DNA of 64,000 bases from a virus (Duplodnaviria; Caudoviricetes): the IMG/VR virus record IMGVR_UViG_2863357390_000001; one strand, 5' to 3'. The notes under the pieces were generated by a model that saw nothing but the letters and a program-made list of their open reading frames with translations, searched no databases and was not told the DNA's origin. The stretch's first letter is position 1. Each line of letters starts with the position of its first letter. Shown piece by piece: positions 63,734 to 64,000 of this stretch. The position numbers and the translations under genes are program-made.

Positions 63734-64000
63734 GTGGAATCGGTGCTCCCGTGGATACCGCCGGCGATCCGACGCCTGCTGCTGGCCGACCCACTCTTCG
63801 CCGCGGCGGTGCCCGGTGGCCGGGTGTCCACACGCGCCCCCGGCGACGTGACCACGCCGTTCGTCACCATCCAACTGCCGACACCTCTCGGTGCGATGGG
63901 CGGCGGCGGGTACAAGCCCCTCGTCCAGGTCGACGCGTGGTCCGCGACGGTCGGCGGTGACGACCCGGAGGGCGTGGTGTGGCGGATCGCCATGACCGCG
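63734..64000 (+). CDS. Tail terminator-like protein (truncated by window end)
   Basis: Hand translation: MESVLPWIPPAIRRLL...VSTRAP...PFVTI...VQVDAW. Confidence 0.6.
   Translation, partial: MESVLPWIPPAIRRLLLADPLFAAAVPGGRVSTRAPGDVTTPFVTIQLPTPLGAMGGGGYKPLVQVDAWSATVGGDDPEGVVWRIAMTA

Larger units (their letters stand above)
1..64000. mobile_element. Temperate siphovirus-like actinophage/prophage (partial; continues on both sides)
   Basis: Repressor/Cro switch, recombination-replication operon, terminase, portal, capsid and head-tail genes in canonical order; many ATGA/GTGA overlaps. Confidence 0.93.

Noticed and set aside
1-64000. Integrase, att sites, lysis genes, tRNA/rRNA
   Set aside because: No supporting motifs were seen; integrase and lysis genes probably lie outside the window.

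Overview
This is a very GC-rich, actinomycete-type temperate phage/prophage segment. The host cannot be fixed from sequence, but the TraB and XRE/DUF397 genes point to a filamentous actinomycete. Gene order: immunity switch (cI-like/Cro, 1-877); early recombination/replication operon (exonuclease, ERF annealase, replication initiator, helicase loader); many small ORFs with a sigma-like protein, a C5 DNA methyltransferase, an ASCH protein and RuvC; a mostly leftward accessory block (22.6-39.5 kb); an XRE-DUF5753 regulator with four DUF397 genes; middle genes; a fibre-like module; HNH; TerS/TerL; portal; capsid; head-tail genes running off the right edge. No integrase, lysis genes, tRNA or CRISPR array were seen. 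Three things stand out. (1) A tightly coupled cas6e-csf1-cas11-csf2-csf3-DNA methyltransferase-cysH operon (17.6-22.5 kb), i.e. a type IV-B module with a type I-E Cas6 and an inserted amino-methyltransferase. (2) An orphan Cas8e carrying an extra C-terminal DNA-binding-like module (26.7-28.5 kb) behind a strong promoter with an inverted repeat. (3) A Nudix-TraA-TraB-(clt-like repeats)-Spd conjugation module without its own integrase or Rep, inside the prophage. All protein calls come from motif recognition by eye; no database search or folding program was run.
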